DNA of 64,000 nt from assembly GCA_050943415.1 (NCBI GenBank), contig JBMNPD010000001.1, forward strand, positions 4,317 through 68,316, written 5' to 3'. Shown here in pieces: positions 39,015 through 49,686 of the stretch. The DNA is from Candidatus Dojkabacteria bacterium (GTDB lineage Bacteria > Patescibacteriota > Dojkabacteria > SC72). How positions within the stretch are numbered: position 1 is the first letter of the stretch; each line of letters begins with the position of its first letter. Under the pieces are notes generated by a model. It was given only the letters and a program-made list of their open reading frames with translations, was not told the origin of the DNA and did not search any database. A program made the position numbers and the translations under genes.

Positions 39015-39886
39015 TCGAATGTTTTTAACAAATTTTTTATATTAAATTCTTTAACTTCTTCTACTAGTTCTTTAGTAGAAGACTTACGATTGTGTAAGTT
39101 ATCGTAAAAGGTTTTTGTGTTTTTATCTTGGTATATTATACCAGTATATATCTTTTCTTCTTTGATCATCTTCTGTACAAGGTTATGTGCATCTTCAAAT
39201 GATGTTTCAGAATATTTCTTTAGTGTTGAAATCTTTACAATGTGTTTGCTAAACCACTCAGGAGTACATTCTTTGTTGTAAGACGGACATAGTTGAGCAA
39301 TATCTATGATACTACAGCCTTTATGTTTAATTCCTTTTTTAATGATATCTGTTAATTCCACTAAATCACCTGAGTATCCTTTAGCGTAGAATGTTGGGTG
39401 TAGACTTAGTATCAATTCATCAGTATTGTAATCTTTCTCAGGTTTGCCGTATGGCAATGCATACATAGATTTACCTTTAGGAGTTCCAATAGTAGCTTGT
39501 CCAGTGGTTAATGCAAAATTTCTGTTGTTATGTATGAGTACTGTTATATCATAGTTAGACCTAATCGCATTAATTAGATGGTCTATGCCTTCATGAAAGC
39601 AAGCACCATCTCCAAGTTCTACGATGGTAGTAAACTTTCTGTTTGCTAAATGAACACCTGTTGCCAATGCTATTGATCTTCCGTGTAGCCCCTTGAATCC
39701 ATAGGTACCAAATGTGTCTGCACCATTACCGTTACATCCTATGTCGAATGATATGAATGTTTCTGTTGGTGATATGTTTAGTTCAGAGAGTGCTTTCTTT
39801 AAGGCCATACTGATACCAAAGTTACCACAACCAGGACACCAAGTTGGTTTATGTTTTGAACTGTATTTTTCTATATCTATACTCAT
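39011..39886 (-). CDS. porB: 2-oxoacid (pyruvate):ferredoxin oxidoreductase beta subunit (TPP-binding).
   Basis: 'CPGCG', 'GCN' and 'GDGA' TPP-binding motifs. Overlaps acd by 4 nt. Confidence 0.85.
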   Translation of the reverse strand: MSIDIEKYSSKHKPTWCPGCGNFGISMALKKALSELNISPTETFISFDIGCNGNGADTFGTYGFKGLHGRSIALATGVHLANRKFTTIVELGDGACFHEGIDHLINAIRSNYDITVLIHNNRNFALTTGQATIGTPKGKSMYALPYGKPEKDYNTDELILSLHPTFYAKGYSGDLVELTDIIKKGIKHKGCSIIDIAQLCPSYNKECTPEWFSKHIVKISTLKKYSETSFEDAHNLVQKMIKEEKIYTGIIYQDKNTKTFYDNLHNRKSSTKELVEEVKEFNIKNLLKTFE

Positions 39887-41590
39887 TTAGTTATTGATGA
39901 AATCTAATATATCTTCTACAAAGAATGCTCTACCATCATATTTTAGTAATTTTTCTTCAAAAACATATCCTGTTTTTTCTGTTATGAGGTTTCCTAGTTG
40001 TCCTGTTTGGTTGTTCTCTACAAGTATTAGTCTCTTTTTCTTTGAAATTAGTTTCTCTATTTCTTTTGTTTTTAGTGGGTATATGTAGTCGTAATGGAGA
40101 TAGCCGTACTCAGGATAGCTTGGTATGATGTCTAGTATTGTATTTTTAATACTACCAAAGCCTACAAATACTGTTTTTGTATCTTTTTTACCGTAATATT
40201 TAGGTTCAGGAAGATTCTTTTCTAATGTTTCTAGTTTTCTCATTCTCTTTTTACTCATTTTCATAATAGCTTCAGCATTGTCTGTACTTCCTCCATCTTC
40301 TAAGTGTTCGTCTGATGTTGCAAGGTAAGGTTTGTTTGATTTAGATGGTAACCATCTTGGAGATATTCCATTTTCTGTTAGTAAATATCTTTCTTTTCCT
40401 TTTTCAAAGCCTCTTTCTATTTTAAGTGGTTTAGGTAATTGATCTACAGAGAAAAGACCTTCAGAGATTTGTTTCTCTGTTAGGAGTATTACAGGTATTT
40501 GATATTGATCGGCTATATTAAATGCTTCTTGTATTAATGTGTAGCATGATTCTAAATCACTTACAGATATTACACATTTTGGAAAGTCACCGTGCCCTCC
40601 TTTCACAGCACTATTAAGATCTCCTGCTCCTGTCCATGTAGGTACTCCTGTTCCTGCACCTATTCTTTGTGCTAGTACTACTACGAATGGTGTCTCTGAC
40701 ATTCCTGCACAGGATATTGTCTCTATCATTAGGTCAAAACCTCCTCCTGAGGTTGCTGTAAATGCTCTTGTTCCCATGTACATACTTCCAAGAACCATTT
40801 GTGCTGCAGTTATTTCATTTTCTGCTTGTTTTATTAGGACACCTGTTTGATCAGCTGTTTCTCCTAAGAATTTAAATATTGATGTTGCTGGAGTCATTGG
40901 ATAGCCGTAAAATGCTCTTGCTCCTGAACTTAATGCTCCAAGTGATATAGCATCATTACCTGTCATTACTAATTGTTTAATATTTAAGAAGTTTGGTTTA
41001 GGTAGTTGTATGTTTTTACTGTATGAATCTCGGTATGTAGGGTAATTGTATCCTGCTAGTATACATTTTTTTTCTGCTACTTTATCTATTTTTTTGTTTT
41101 CAAAAAACTTTAATATTTCATCGACTATAATGTCTTTTTCTTTGTTAAGAATTCTCCAAAGGAAGCCTAGCAGTACTGCGTTGGCCATTATTTGTACTCC
41201 TCCTGCTTCTACAGCTATTTTCTGACAATCGAGAGTTATCAGGGTGATATTTCTCTTCTTGAGGAATATTTCTTCATCTGTTGTTAAATCTGCTTCTAAT
41301 CCATCATGAATTATTAGTCCGTTTTCTCTTACAGTATGTATATATTCGTGTAATGAAGAATCAGATATTGTTGAGAGAATATCACAATATTTGGATGAGG
41401 AGTTAATTTTTTTATCAGAACAATCAATTTGGTATGAGGCTACGCCTCCTTTTATTAATGATGGATATTCTCTGTATCCAAATATATGGTAACCAGAATT
41501 GTTTAATGCTTGTGTAAGAATCTGTCCAGTAGTATTAATACCTTGTCCTGACGCTCCTGCAAATTTTATTGAAAGTCTATTGTTAAGCAT
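39887..41590 (-). CDS. porA: 2-oxoacid:ferredoxin oxidoreductase alpha subunit with a fused gamma domain.
   Basis: N-terminal gamma-like 'FAGASGQG' followed by an alpha-subunit transketolase-like domain. 567 aa, immediately upstream of porB. Confidence 0.8.
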   Translation of the reverse strand: MLNNRLSIKFAGASGQGINTTGQILTQALNNSGYHIFGYREYPSLIKGGVASYQIDCSDKKINSSSKYCDILSTISDSSLHEYIHTVRENGLIIHDGLEADLTTDEEIFLKKRNITLITLDCQKIAVEAGGVQIMANAVLLGFLWRILNKEKDIIVDEILKFFENKKIDKVAEKKCILAGYNYPTYRDSYSKNIQLPKPNFLNIKQLVMTGNDAISLGALSSGARAFYGYPMTPATSIFKFLGETADQTGVLIKQAENEITAAQMVLGSMYMGTRAFTATSGGGFDLMIETISCAGMSETPFVVVLAQRIGAGTGVPTWTGAGDLNSAVKGGHGDFPKCVISVSDLESCYTLIQEAFNIADQYQIPVILLTEKQISEGLFSVDQLPKPLKIERGFEKGKERYLLTENGISPRWLPSKSNKPYLATSDEHLEDGGSTDNAEAIMKMSKKRMRKLETLEKNLPEPKYYGKKDTKTVFVGFGSIKNTILDIIPSYPEYGYLHYDYIYPLKTKEIEKLISKKKRLILVENNQTGQLGNLITEKTGYVFEEKLLKYDGRAFFVEDILDFINN

Positions 41591-41593
41591 ATG

Positions 41594-42544
41594 TTACATT
41601 GATCCTTCTCCGTTAAAAAGTACATAGTCGAAAATAGCACTATGCCACTTTCTTTCAGGTATTAACATTTCTTTTCCTCTGAAAACACTATTACAGTAAG
41701 CAGAGGTTCTTAATTCTATCATTCTAAATGAATCCATGCAGCTATTACCGTTTGAAACTGTCATGTTATAGTATACACCAATGTTACCAGCTACTGCTTT
41801 AATTGTTACTGTATCCAATTTATAACCGTCTTTCATCTCTTGTAGATTAATGGTTACTGTGTCTGTAGCTGTATTATATTTTGTCCAGGTATCTAAAAAG
41901 TTTTCTGCATTGTTACATTCTGTGCCGTTATCAGAAAAACAATAGTTGGTAACATCTTCATCACTGTACGGCTTGTACTCTCCTGCTTCTCCATTTGCAT
42001 TGTAGTTTTTTCCGTATACTTTAGTTACAGAAAAACCTGCTCTAGATTCCCCTTTACTTAATTGAATATTCAATGTACAGTCTGTGAATGTAGCTTCATT
42101 CAGTGGTAAGCTCCAAATTTGACCAGGCATAACTTCGTATGGTGAAGTTTGATCTGCCTCTCTTAAAGTTACATTATATTCGTTTCCATCTGCAGGTAAA
42201 CAAAAGTTTATATTTGAAAGTCCAGTACTATCTCCTAGTATTGTTAGTAATGCTGTAATTTCTTTATCTTCTTTATTTTCTTTTAGAATAACTCCTTGTG
42301 GAAAGGTTATCGGTTTACCAATTGTGTTCATTGCAGACATAACTGTTTCTAAGGAATATGTAGAGAGCTTGTCTAAAATTAGATCAGATATCTCTAATGC
42401 TTCTGCTGATGCTCTTTCATCAATTGTTGATTTTTTATCTCTATGACTTCTAGAAAAGATTGATAGTCCTATGATTGATGAGACTACAAGTACTACCATT
42501 GCCATTGCTAATGCTTGAGCTTTGTACATGTTTTTCTTGTTCAT
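41594..42544 (-). CDS. Membrane-anchored secreted hypothetical protein (316 aa).
   Basis: N-terminal hydrophobic anchor 'AQALAMAMVVLVVSSIIGLSIF'. Last gene of a three-gene operon. Confidence 0.5.
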   Translation of the reverse strand: MNKKNMYKAQALAMAMVVLVVSSIIGLSIFSRSHRDKKSTIDERASAEALEISDLILDKLSTYSLETVMSAMNTIGKPITFPQGVILKENKEDKEITALLTILGDSTGLSNINFCLPADGNEYNVTLREADQTSPYEVMPGQIWSLPLNEATFTDCTLNIQLSKGESRAGFSVTKVYGKNYNANGEAGEYKPYSDEDVTNYCFSDNGTECNNAENFLDTWTKYNTATDTVTINLQEMKDGYKLDTVTIKAVAGNIGVYYNMTVSNGNSCMDSFRMIELRTSAYCNSVFRGKEMLIPERKWHSAIFDYVLFNGEGSM

Positions 42545-42565
42545 ATTTAATAATATATCAAAAAT

Positions 42566-45154
42566 TTAAAGTGGTTTAAATCCTACCTCTTTTTTATAGA
42601 GTAAAGCCTCTTTGCCGAAGAATGTTGTTGCAATTTTAGAGAATTTGTAGTCGTAATTTAATACAGTAACTGGATTTGTATTGTTAAAAAGCCGTAAATC
42701 TCTCAACATATTAATCGCTGGTTGTCCGTTTAGATTGTTACCAAAAGCTACTAAACCTCCATTTATTTCTAATCCATCTCTTGTTTGTAGTAATGCATCT
42801 GCAAATTCAATAATTATTTGATTGTTTGCGACTATGAAAGCATCTATGTAGTCATATTTGACAATATTTGGAGAACTATAATATGTTCCTTCTTTAATAT
42901 TTACATTGTTTGCTGCAAAGAATATACATCCTGATGTTTGACTATCTCCTCTTTCTATATTTGGATGTATGTCTATGTCTTTTTCAGACATGACTAATAT
43001 TTTTCCTCTACATTGAGTATCTGATGGGATATTTATATTTTCTGATGAGTAAATATAGCAAAGTTCATCGTTTAAGCATTCATTTATTGTGGTAATCTTT
43101 TTAAAAGCTGTTTTTTCTTGTTGTACTTGGAATTTTCTTTTTAGATATTCAAACCAAAATTCTTTTCTAAGGTTAGAATCAGTTATTGATACTGCTCTTA
43201 CAGCTGTACTGTCAGGTCTTGTTAATTTTGGAATAAATTGATTTGCTGAGGAGAGAATTTCTGTTCCTTTATCAAGTATTTCTTCATTCATGGTTCGTAG
43301 ATATGGGATTGGATCAATTTGTTGTGCTTCAATGCCAGGATAATCGTGTGAGTAGAGTATAGAGCCTTTTGTCGCATACCAAGGATCTAATCTTACTTGA
43401 GAGGTTGTAACAGCGTAATTACATGCTGAATCATAAGCTGTTCCGTAAAGAGATATTGTTCCTAGTTCATTGTTGTTAATATTTACCAATCTTGTTGCTA
43501 AGTATGGATTTTGGTTTAGATTGGTAAATTGCCAAGTGTTGGTGTCTGTAAAGAGACCTATGAGGTTTTCTGCAGGAACATTTTGCGCTGTACTGCTAAG
43601 TGTAATGTTATTTGGCATATTCTCCATTGATATGTAGTCACTTGTTCCATCTCTTCCTAGGTCTGTTCTGTATGCATTTATGATATATGCAAAGATGTTG
43701 GAGGTTGTATCTGATGCTTCCCATGAAAGGTCGAATTCTTTAGAAGTGATAAGGTCTTGGTTTAGTGGTTTTAGTTCTGGTTGTACTAGGTCTACTCCCC
43801 AATCAGAGTATTTTTGAGCATTTCGTTGGTCTATTTGTCCATCTTGAAAGAACATATACTTATCTAATGTTGCTGCGCGCAAACTAAACATTCCATTAAC
43901 TTTATCAGTAAAAGCTATGTCGTATTGAGCAACTAGTTGAGTTCCTTCGTTTACAGTTACGTTGTGTATGGAGATAATTGTTCCTGATCCTGCATCGACT
44001 ATTCCATTGTTAGTAGCAATCCAATTTTTATCTGTGTTCATAGTATAGATGAGAGGGGTGTTTGTCCATGAGTTGTTGTTTTTCTTAATCATAATTCCTA
44101 TTTCATTTACATCTATATTATTATTTGTAGTGACTATTCTACTAAAGTTAGGTGATGTGTTTGTTTTGCTAATCCAAAGTACAAATGCTTCTATATCGGA
44201 ATTACCATCAGGATCAAAAGATTCATATTTTACTTTCAAAGGGTTATTCGCTTCTTGTCCTGTGTGTGTTGTAGTTTTACATCCTTTATTGGTTGTGGAG
44301 TTAGTAAGAGGAAATGTTATTGTTGATGTTGTTGGAGGGGTATTTACTTTGTAATAACCTGTTTTTACAGTGGAGTATAGTTTGTTATCGTCACATCGGT
44401 TAAGTGTATAGTAGAATGCTCCTATATCTCCCATTGCTCCAGGTTTGTAAGTTTCTAGTTTGGTCATAGATGTTGGAGCTATGTCTATTGTATTTGATGT
44501 AGATTCTTTACAGTAATCTTCAGGTCTTGGATTAGTACAATCGCTCCATGCTATCCATTCGTTATTTATTCCGTAGTTGTTTCCTCTTAATATATATCCT
44601 ACTCCTCTACTGATTGCTGGGTTTGGAGATATTTGCGGGAGTATTGTTATACTCATTGGACTTGAGTTGGATACGGGTGATGGTATTCTAGTGGGATTGT
44701 TTTTGTCAGAAGAGAGTTGGTATATAGAATTGTCTATTTTTATGGTAATAGTTGTTGGTATGATTGTAGGTGGTGTATTTGTTTCTACTCTGTAACATCT
44801 TCTTGTAGGTCCACCACATGTGTTTCCACAATCGTTATGATATGAACAGCCTTGATTTTTAGTATCGTTAGTACAGAGATTATTTGGATTAGTTTCTGTA
44901 TATCCAGATGGACATTGTGGAGGTGTACAACTACCATTACAAGAGTCGTCACAAGGGCATGGGACTTCTACATCCTCATACCGTTCACAACAACTATCTC
45001 CTAAACAGAAATTACCCCAAGAGAAATCACAACACCAGTTCCAGTCAACACACTGTCTTTCGTAACATGCTGACTCTGTTATTGTAACGCAACCTAAAAA
45101 TAATATCCCTATAGCTAATAGTTGTTGTATGTATATATTTTTAGATTTCCTCAT
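42566..45154 (-). CDS. Large secreted protein (862 aa) with an extremely Cys-rich N-terminal ~130 aa.
   Basis: Signal peptide followed by more than 30 Cys in CxxC/CC/CD clusters. The rest is Thr/Asn-rich, beta-type sequence. Confidence 0.55.
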   Translation of the reverse strand: MRKSKNIYIQQLLAIGILFLGCVTITESACYERQCVDWNWCCDFSWGNFCLGDSCCERYEDVEVPCPCDDSCNGSCTPPQCPSGYTETNPNNLCTNDTKNQGCSYHNDCGNTCGGPTRRCYRVETNTPPTIIPTTITIKIDNSIYQLSSDKNNPTRIPSPVSNSSPMSITILPQISPNPAISRGVGYILRGNNYGINNEWIAWSDCTNPRPEDYCKESTSNTIDIAPTSMTKLETYKPGAMGDIGAFYYTLNRCDDNKLYSTVKTGYYKVNTPPTTSTITFPLTNSTTNKGCKTTTHTGQEANNPLKVKYESFDPDGNSDIEAFVLWISKTNTSPNFSRIVTTNNNIDVNEIGIMIKKNNNSWTNTPLIYTMNTDKNWIATNNGIVDAGSGTIISIHNVTVNEGTQLVAQYDIAFTDKVNGMFSLRAATLDKYMFFQDGQIDQRNAQKYSDWGVDLVQPELKPLNQDLITSKEFDLSWEASDTTSNIFAYIINAYRTDLGRDGTSDYISMENMPNNITLSSTAQNVPAENLIGLFTDTNTWQFTNLNQNPYLATRLVNINNNELGTISLYGTAYDSACNYAVTTSQVRLDPWYATKGSILYSHDYPGIEAQQIDPIPYLRTMNEEILDKGTEILSSANQFIPKLTRPDSTAVRAVSITDSNLRKEFWFEYLKRKFQVQQEKTAFKKITTINECLNDELCYIYSSENINIPSDTQCRGKILVMSEKDIDIHPNIERGDSQTSGCIFFAANNVNIKEGTYYSSPNIVKYDYIDAFIVANNQIIIEFADALLQTRDGLEINGGLVAFGNNLNGQPAINMLRDLRLFNNTNPVTVLNYDYKFSKIATTFFGKEALLYKKEVGFKPL

Positions 45155-46535
45155 AGTAATTGTTTAGCAACATTAAGAATATACTATTACCCTCAACTAA
45201 ATATCTATCTTTGTTCCATAGACCAGTTAAACCATTTCTGCTTTCAAATTTCTGTTTATATATCTTAAACAAAATAGTTGTAACATACTCTTTATCTTCT
45301 ATATTGTTTAAACAGTATAAAGATGAAAACATATCTGTATCTATAAGTTTTAAACTTTCTTCAGTATCTGTTTTGAAAAGATTAAGTACGCTATTTTTTA
45401 TCTCTTTATTATCTATATATTCAGCAATTTTACACATATTTCTTAATGTGAATGTATTATTATTAATTATTGAAGAAGAAATTCTACCTAAGACATCACC
45501 ATTATCAAAAGATATTTTTTGATTATACAATCTCTCAGCAGAATCTACATCTGAAGAAAAGGAAATATACCAATCAAATGCTAAAGGAAATTTTTCTTCC
45601 TGAGCTGATATAACTCTTTGGTATATAATAGAGTTGATTAAAGAAGTAACATTATAGTTTTCTGGATCAAACTTGGGTGTTGTTCGTTTTTTAATAACCT
45701 CTTCTAGATCATTTATGTTACAATACTTGGCCAATAATTCGCTTCTATTCTCTCCTGTTATATTTAAATTTCTGATTATTCTTTCAACAATAGTACATGA
45801 ATATGGAGTTACGTTTTCAATATTACTATCCTTGCCATTTTTTTCCAAAGCATTCTTTTTATAGTCATAAAAATTCATTAAATATTTAAAAACATCTTCT
45901 TTGTTTACGGTTTTATTGTACGACCATAGAAGAGGACGAAATAGAATATCAGATGTTGTATTTGAAATAATTCCACGTATCTCATTGTTTTCTAAATAAA
46001 AATAACTGGAGTATATATAAAAAGGTTTCTGATCGTTTGTACTGTTTGTTGCTTGCTTTAAATTTGTTTCAATATCTTTATTTATCTGTTCTATTTCATT
46101 GTGAGAAAAAGACACATTTTCTATACTCCATTTAATCTCTGGTTTAGAAAAAAATTTTTTATTTATTACATCCACAGAAATCACTACTGAATATATATCC
46201 TTGTTTAGGTAATGTTGTTGAAGATAGGAGTATGCTTCTGGTGAAGATACGGGGAATGTAACATCTCTGAGATATGTATTTGTATTTGGTTCAAGTATAT
46301 TTGCATCGAAGAGTATACTGTCTTCGCTAATTCTTATTTTATAAATTAAAGCTTCTGCCTTGTATTTTGAATTCGATACTGAAATATCTTCTTTCTCAAA
46401 TGATGTCAAAAATGGATATTCTTTCTTTAAAAAAGAATTCTTCTCATATATATTAAAATACCAAAGAAAAATACCTAATAATGAAAGAATTAACAATATT
46501 ATTAAAATTGCTAGTATTACTTTCTTCCTCTTCAC
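45141..46535 (-). CDS. Membrane-anchored hypothetical protein (464 aa).
   Basis: N-terminal TM helix 'VILAILIILLILSLLGIFLWYF'. Its stop overlaps the start of the next gene. Confidence 0.5.
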   Translation of the reverse strand: MKRKKVILAILIILLILSLLGIFLWYFNIYEKNSFLKKEYPFLTSFEKEDISVSNSKYKAEALIYKIRISEDSILFDANILEPNTNTYLRDVTFPVSSPEAYSYLQQHYLNKDIYSVVISVDVINKKFFSKPEIKWSIENVSFSHNEIEQINKDIETNLKQATNSTNDQKPFYIYSSYFYLENNEIRGIISNTTSDILFRPLLWSYNKTVNKEDVFKYLMNFYDYKKNALEKNGKDSNIENVTPYSCTIVERIIRNLNITGENRSELLAKYCNINDLEEVIKKRTTPKFDPENYNVTSLINSIIYQRVISAQEEKFPLAFDWYISFSSDVDSAERLYNQKISFDNGDVLGRISSSIINNNTFTLRNMCKIAEYIDNKEIKNSVLNLFKTDTEESLKLIDTDMFSSLYCLNNIEDKEYVTTILFKIYKQKFESRNGLTGLWNKDRYLVEGNSIFLMLLNNYYEEI

Positions 46536-46556
46536 ATGAGCAGTTAATTAACTTAG

Positions 46557-47342
46557 CTATATCCAATCTCTACCAAACAATCCTCCGCTAATGTTGTCAA
46601 TACTTAAAACTCTTTCAATATTCCATACTAGATCAGGTTTATCTGACACAGTCTCCTTTAACCATTCTAAATACTCTCTGTCAAGTTTTGCAATATCCTC
46701 TAGTGTCTTACCAGCATACTTTCCAAATGATATGTTTCTAATATATGCTGGTTCTTTACTAATCATTAGCATTTGTTCTACTGTGAATTTGCTATTCTCT
46801 TGAATATATTTAAATAGATCTTTGAGGAAACATACATCACTCATTGCATCATGAGCAATTGTATGTTCTTGATTCTCTTTTTTGTACAAACCTAGATAGT
46901 ATCTCAAGTATTGTAATGAATAACTCTCTATATCTCCTCCTGTAGCTTCATCTTCTATCATATTTCTAGCTAGTTTGTATGTACAGATATATTTAGGTAT
47001 TGTAATACCTTTTTTAGCTAATACTTCTAGATCAAATTCTGCATTGTGTGCTACCCATATGTATTTCTCAGCTAAAAATTTAAGATATTCCTTTAATGAA
47101 TTACCTTTAAATTCTTTGTCCTTGCCCTGTTCTTCTACAACGGCTTTTTCAAACAGTTCTGTGTCACTTAAAAATTCAGGTGTTATATGGTGTACTGCCA
47201 TAGCAGAGAAGGATATTTTTTGTAATGGTTTAAAATATTTGTTAAGTGTAATATCATTACCATTAGTTAGTGCTAATTGTATTAGGTCCTTTGATTGTAC
47301 ATCTGTCGTTTCTGTATCAAAAAACAAAAATTTTTCATCCAT
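46557..47342 (-). CDS. DEDDh 3'-5' exonuclease (DnaQ-like).
   Basis: Exo I 'FFDTETTD', Exo II 'HNAEFD' and Exo III 'HDAMSD'. Confidence 0.8.
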   Translation of the reverse strand: MDEKFLFFDTETTDVQSKDLIQLALTNGNDITLNKYFKPLQKISFSAMAVHHITPEFLSDTELFEKAVVEEQGKDKEFKGNSLKEYLKFLAEKYIWVAHNAEFDLEVLAKKGITIPKYICTYKLARNMIEDEATGGDIESYSLQYLRYYLGLYKKENQEHTIAHDAMSDVCFLKDLFKYIQENSKFTVEQMLMISKEPAYIRNISFGKYAGKTLEDIAKLDREYLEWLKETVSDKPDLVWNIERVLSIDNISGGLFGRDWI

Positions 47343-47518
47343 ATATAATAGATGATACAGTAATTAGATGGTATGTACAATAACAAATACGATGTGTTTT
47401 AAATGTTGATGATTTTGAGAAGAGTCTAGGTAAGTATATGTTGGAAACATATTATTTAGGATATGTATTATACATATCACTAATCTTACCTAGACTTTCT
47501 CTATCTGTTAGTTATATT

Positions 47519-48213
47519 TTACTCGACAAGCTTGAAATCAAGCTTATCGGTACCTTTGAACATCCAGGGGTCTCCCTGCCCGCTGCTGCGGTATTCTACG
47601 GATTTCGGTGAAATCCGAATGTCCAGCAATTCCTGTGGAGTAATCGTTCCCGATTTCTCACAAGATGTGAGAATGGCCTGTTCATTACTGAGTTTCAACC
47701 AGAATTGGTTGTCCTCTTGTAATTTGGCCTGATGTACATTGTACATCATCGGTTTCTCGGCAAGAGCCTCTCCGAAACATTGTTTCGAAACTCCATAGAT
47801 GACTCTGCTGTTTTGGAGATCTGCAGACCATCCACGGATTTTTTGTGAGAAGTATAACGGTACTCGATTACTGTAAGTCGTAAAAATACGATACTTACCT
47901 TCCGGTACATCGATCACTTCTCTATATGGAGGCCCTGAAAAAGGCCCACTCACAATTGTGAGTAAGTCTTCAGGCACTCGAGGCAATTCATATGGCTTCA
48001 CTTCTCCTGTAGGATATATACATTCTATCCTAGGATAAGCGCCATGCATATGACATGATAAATTACCTCCATTTAGAACACATTGGTTTGCCCACTCAGC
48101 AAACTCAGGAATCTTCCATGGCCATGTGGCTGGATCACATGTCTGGTTACCTGCCATAACGGCAGATACTGATGTTAACAACATCAGTACAACAACAATA
48201 AACAACAATTTTC
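47519..48213 (-). CDS. Secreted hypothetical protein with an atypically GC-rich coding sequence. The start is revised to MKNRK.
   Basis: Signal peptide 'LLFIVVVLMLLTSVSAVMA'. Strong SD 'aaagaggagg' sits upstream of the ATG at 48213. GC is clearly higher than in flanking genes. Confidence 0.6.
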
Positions 48214-48421
48214 GGTTTTTCATTATTCCCCTCCTCTTTAGAGAATGATGATTTTGAATGAACAAAAATGCGTCATAGACGCTTATAACTAACAGCACAT
48301 GTATTTTATCAAATTTCTTTTTTTCATGCAACTCTATAGGTTCTTATTACCATATTTTTATATAACCGCTAATTCTAAATATATGATATATTTAAACATT
48401 AATAATTTAAAACAAAACAGT

Positions 48422-49669
48422 ATGAAAATAACCAACATATATGCAGAAGAAATACTAGATTCTAGAGGTAACCCTACAATAAAATGTAATATACAATTAG
48501 AAAACAGAACCATGGTATCAGCTTCTGTACCAAGTGGGGCATCTACAGGAAAATACGAAGCTATAGAATTAAGAGATGGTGATGATAATAGATATTTAGG
48601 TAAAGGAGTACTAAAAGCTGTTCAAAATGTAAACGAAAAAATAGCCCCCCTGTTTGTTAATAAAGACTTAGCAAGTATAGAAGAAGTTGACAAGGCAATG
48701 ATTGAACTAGATGGTTCATCAAACAAAGAAAATCTAGGAGCAAATGCAATACTCTCTGTATCTATGGCATATACTAGAGCTTTAGCAGAAGCAGAAAATC
48801 TACCTCTCTACAAATATATAGCCAAAATCTTTAACAATAAACCTAAACTACCAAAACTAATGGTAAATGTATTAAACGGTGGTAAACATGCTACAAACGC
48901 ATCAGACTTGCAAGAATATATGCTTGTTCCAACAGGAGCAACATCTGTTCAACAAGCAGTACAATGGTCTAGTGAATGTTTCCATAATTTAGGTAAAATT
49001 CTAAAAGAAATGGGATTACCAACAACCGTTGGAGATGAGGGAGGATATGCACCATCGCTAGAAAGCAATGAAAAACCATTAGAGTTAATGATACAGGCAA
49101 TTACTAAATCTAACCTACAACCTGGTAAAGATATGTCACTAGCTATAGATTGTGCAGCAAGTAGCTTCTATGAAGATGGTAAATACAACCTTGTTACAGA
49201 GAACAGAATACTAACAACAGAAGAACTATGTGATATGTACGGTACATGGATAGAAAAATATCCAATCATATCTATAGAAGATGCATTTGGGGAAGATGAC
49301 TGGGACGGATTCCAAATGTTTGAAAAGCGATTTGGAGAAAAAGTTATGAACGTTGGTGATGATCTTTATGTTACAAATGTTGTTAAATTGAAGCAAGGTA
49401 TAGAGTTGAACGCATCTAATTCGATTCTCATCAAGCTAAACCAGATTGGAAGTGTTACTGAAACTAAGAACGCTATTGATTTGGCAAATAGTGCGAATAT
49501 GACTAGCATCATATCTCACAGATCTGGAGAAACAGAAGATACTTTCATAGCTGATTTTGTAGTAGGTGGAGGTACAGGATACATCAAGACAGGTTCTATG
49601 AGTAGAAGTGAAAGAGTTGCTAAATATAACAGACTTATGAGTATTGAAAGAGAAATGCTTTCTAATTAA
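48422..49669 (+). CDS. eno: Enolase (phosphopyruvate hydratase).
   Basis: 'MKITNIYAEEILDSRGNPT' and 'SHRSGETED' signatures. The ATG at 48422 is the likely start. Confidence 0.92.
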   Translation: MKITNIYAEEILDSRGNPTIKCNIQLENRTMVSASVPSGASTGKYEAIELRDGDDNRYLGKGVLKAVQNVNEKIAPLFVNKDLASIEEVDKAMIELDGSSNKENLGANAILSVSMAYTRALAEAENLPLYKYIAKIFNNKPKLPKLMVNVLNGGKHATNASDLQEYMLVPTGATSVQQAVQWSSECFHNLGKILKEMGLPTTVGDEGGYAPSLESNEKPLELMIQAITKSNLQPGKDMSLAIDCAASSFYEDGKYNLVTENRILTTEELCDMYGTWIEKYPIISIEDAFGEDDWDGFQMFEKRFGEKVMNVGDDLYVTNVVKLKQGIELNASNSILIKLNQIGSVTETKNAIDLANSANMTSIISHRSGETEDTFIADFVVGGGTGYIKTGSMSRSERVAKYNRLMSIEREMLSN

Positions 49670-49686
49670 CAAACATTTACATCAAT

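Noticed and set aside
47519-47560. Two HindIII sites and a KpnI site within 40 nt in a GC-rich patch, which raises the question of cloning-vector contamination.
   Set aside because: The segment is in frame and encodes the C-terminus of a coherent signal-peptide protein with its own SD. The GC-rich tract extends several hundred bp. A foreign-origin gene is more likely than vector sequence.
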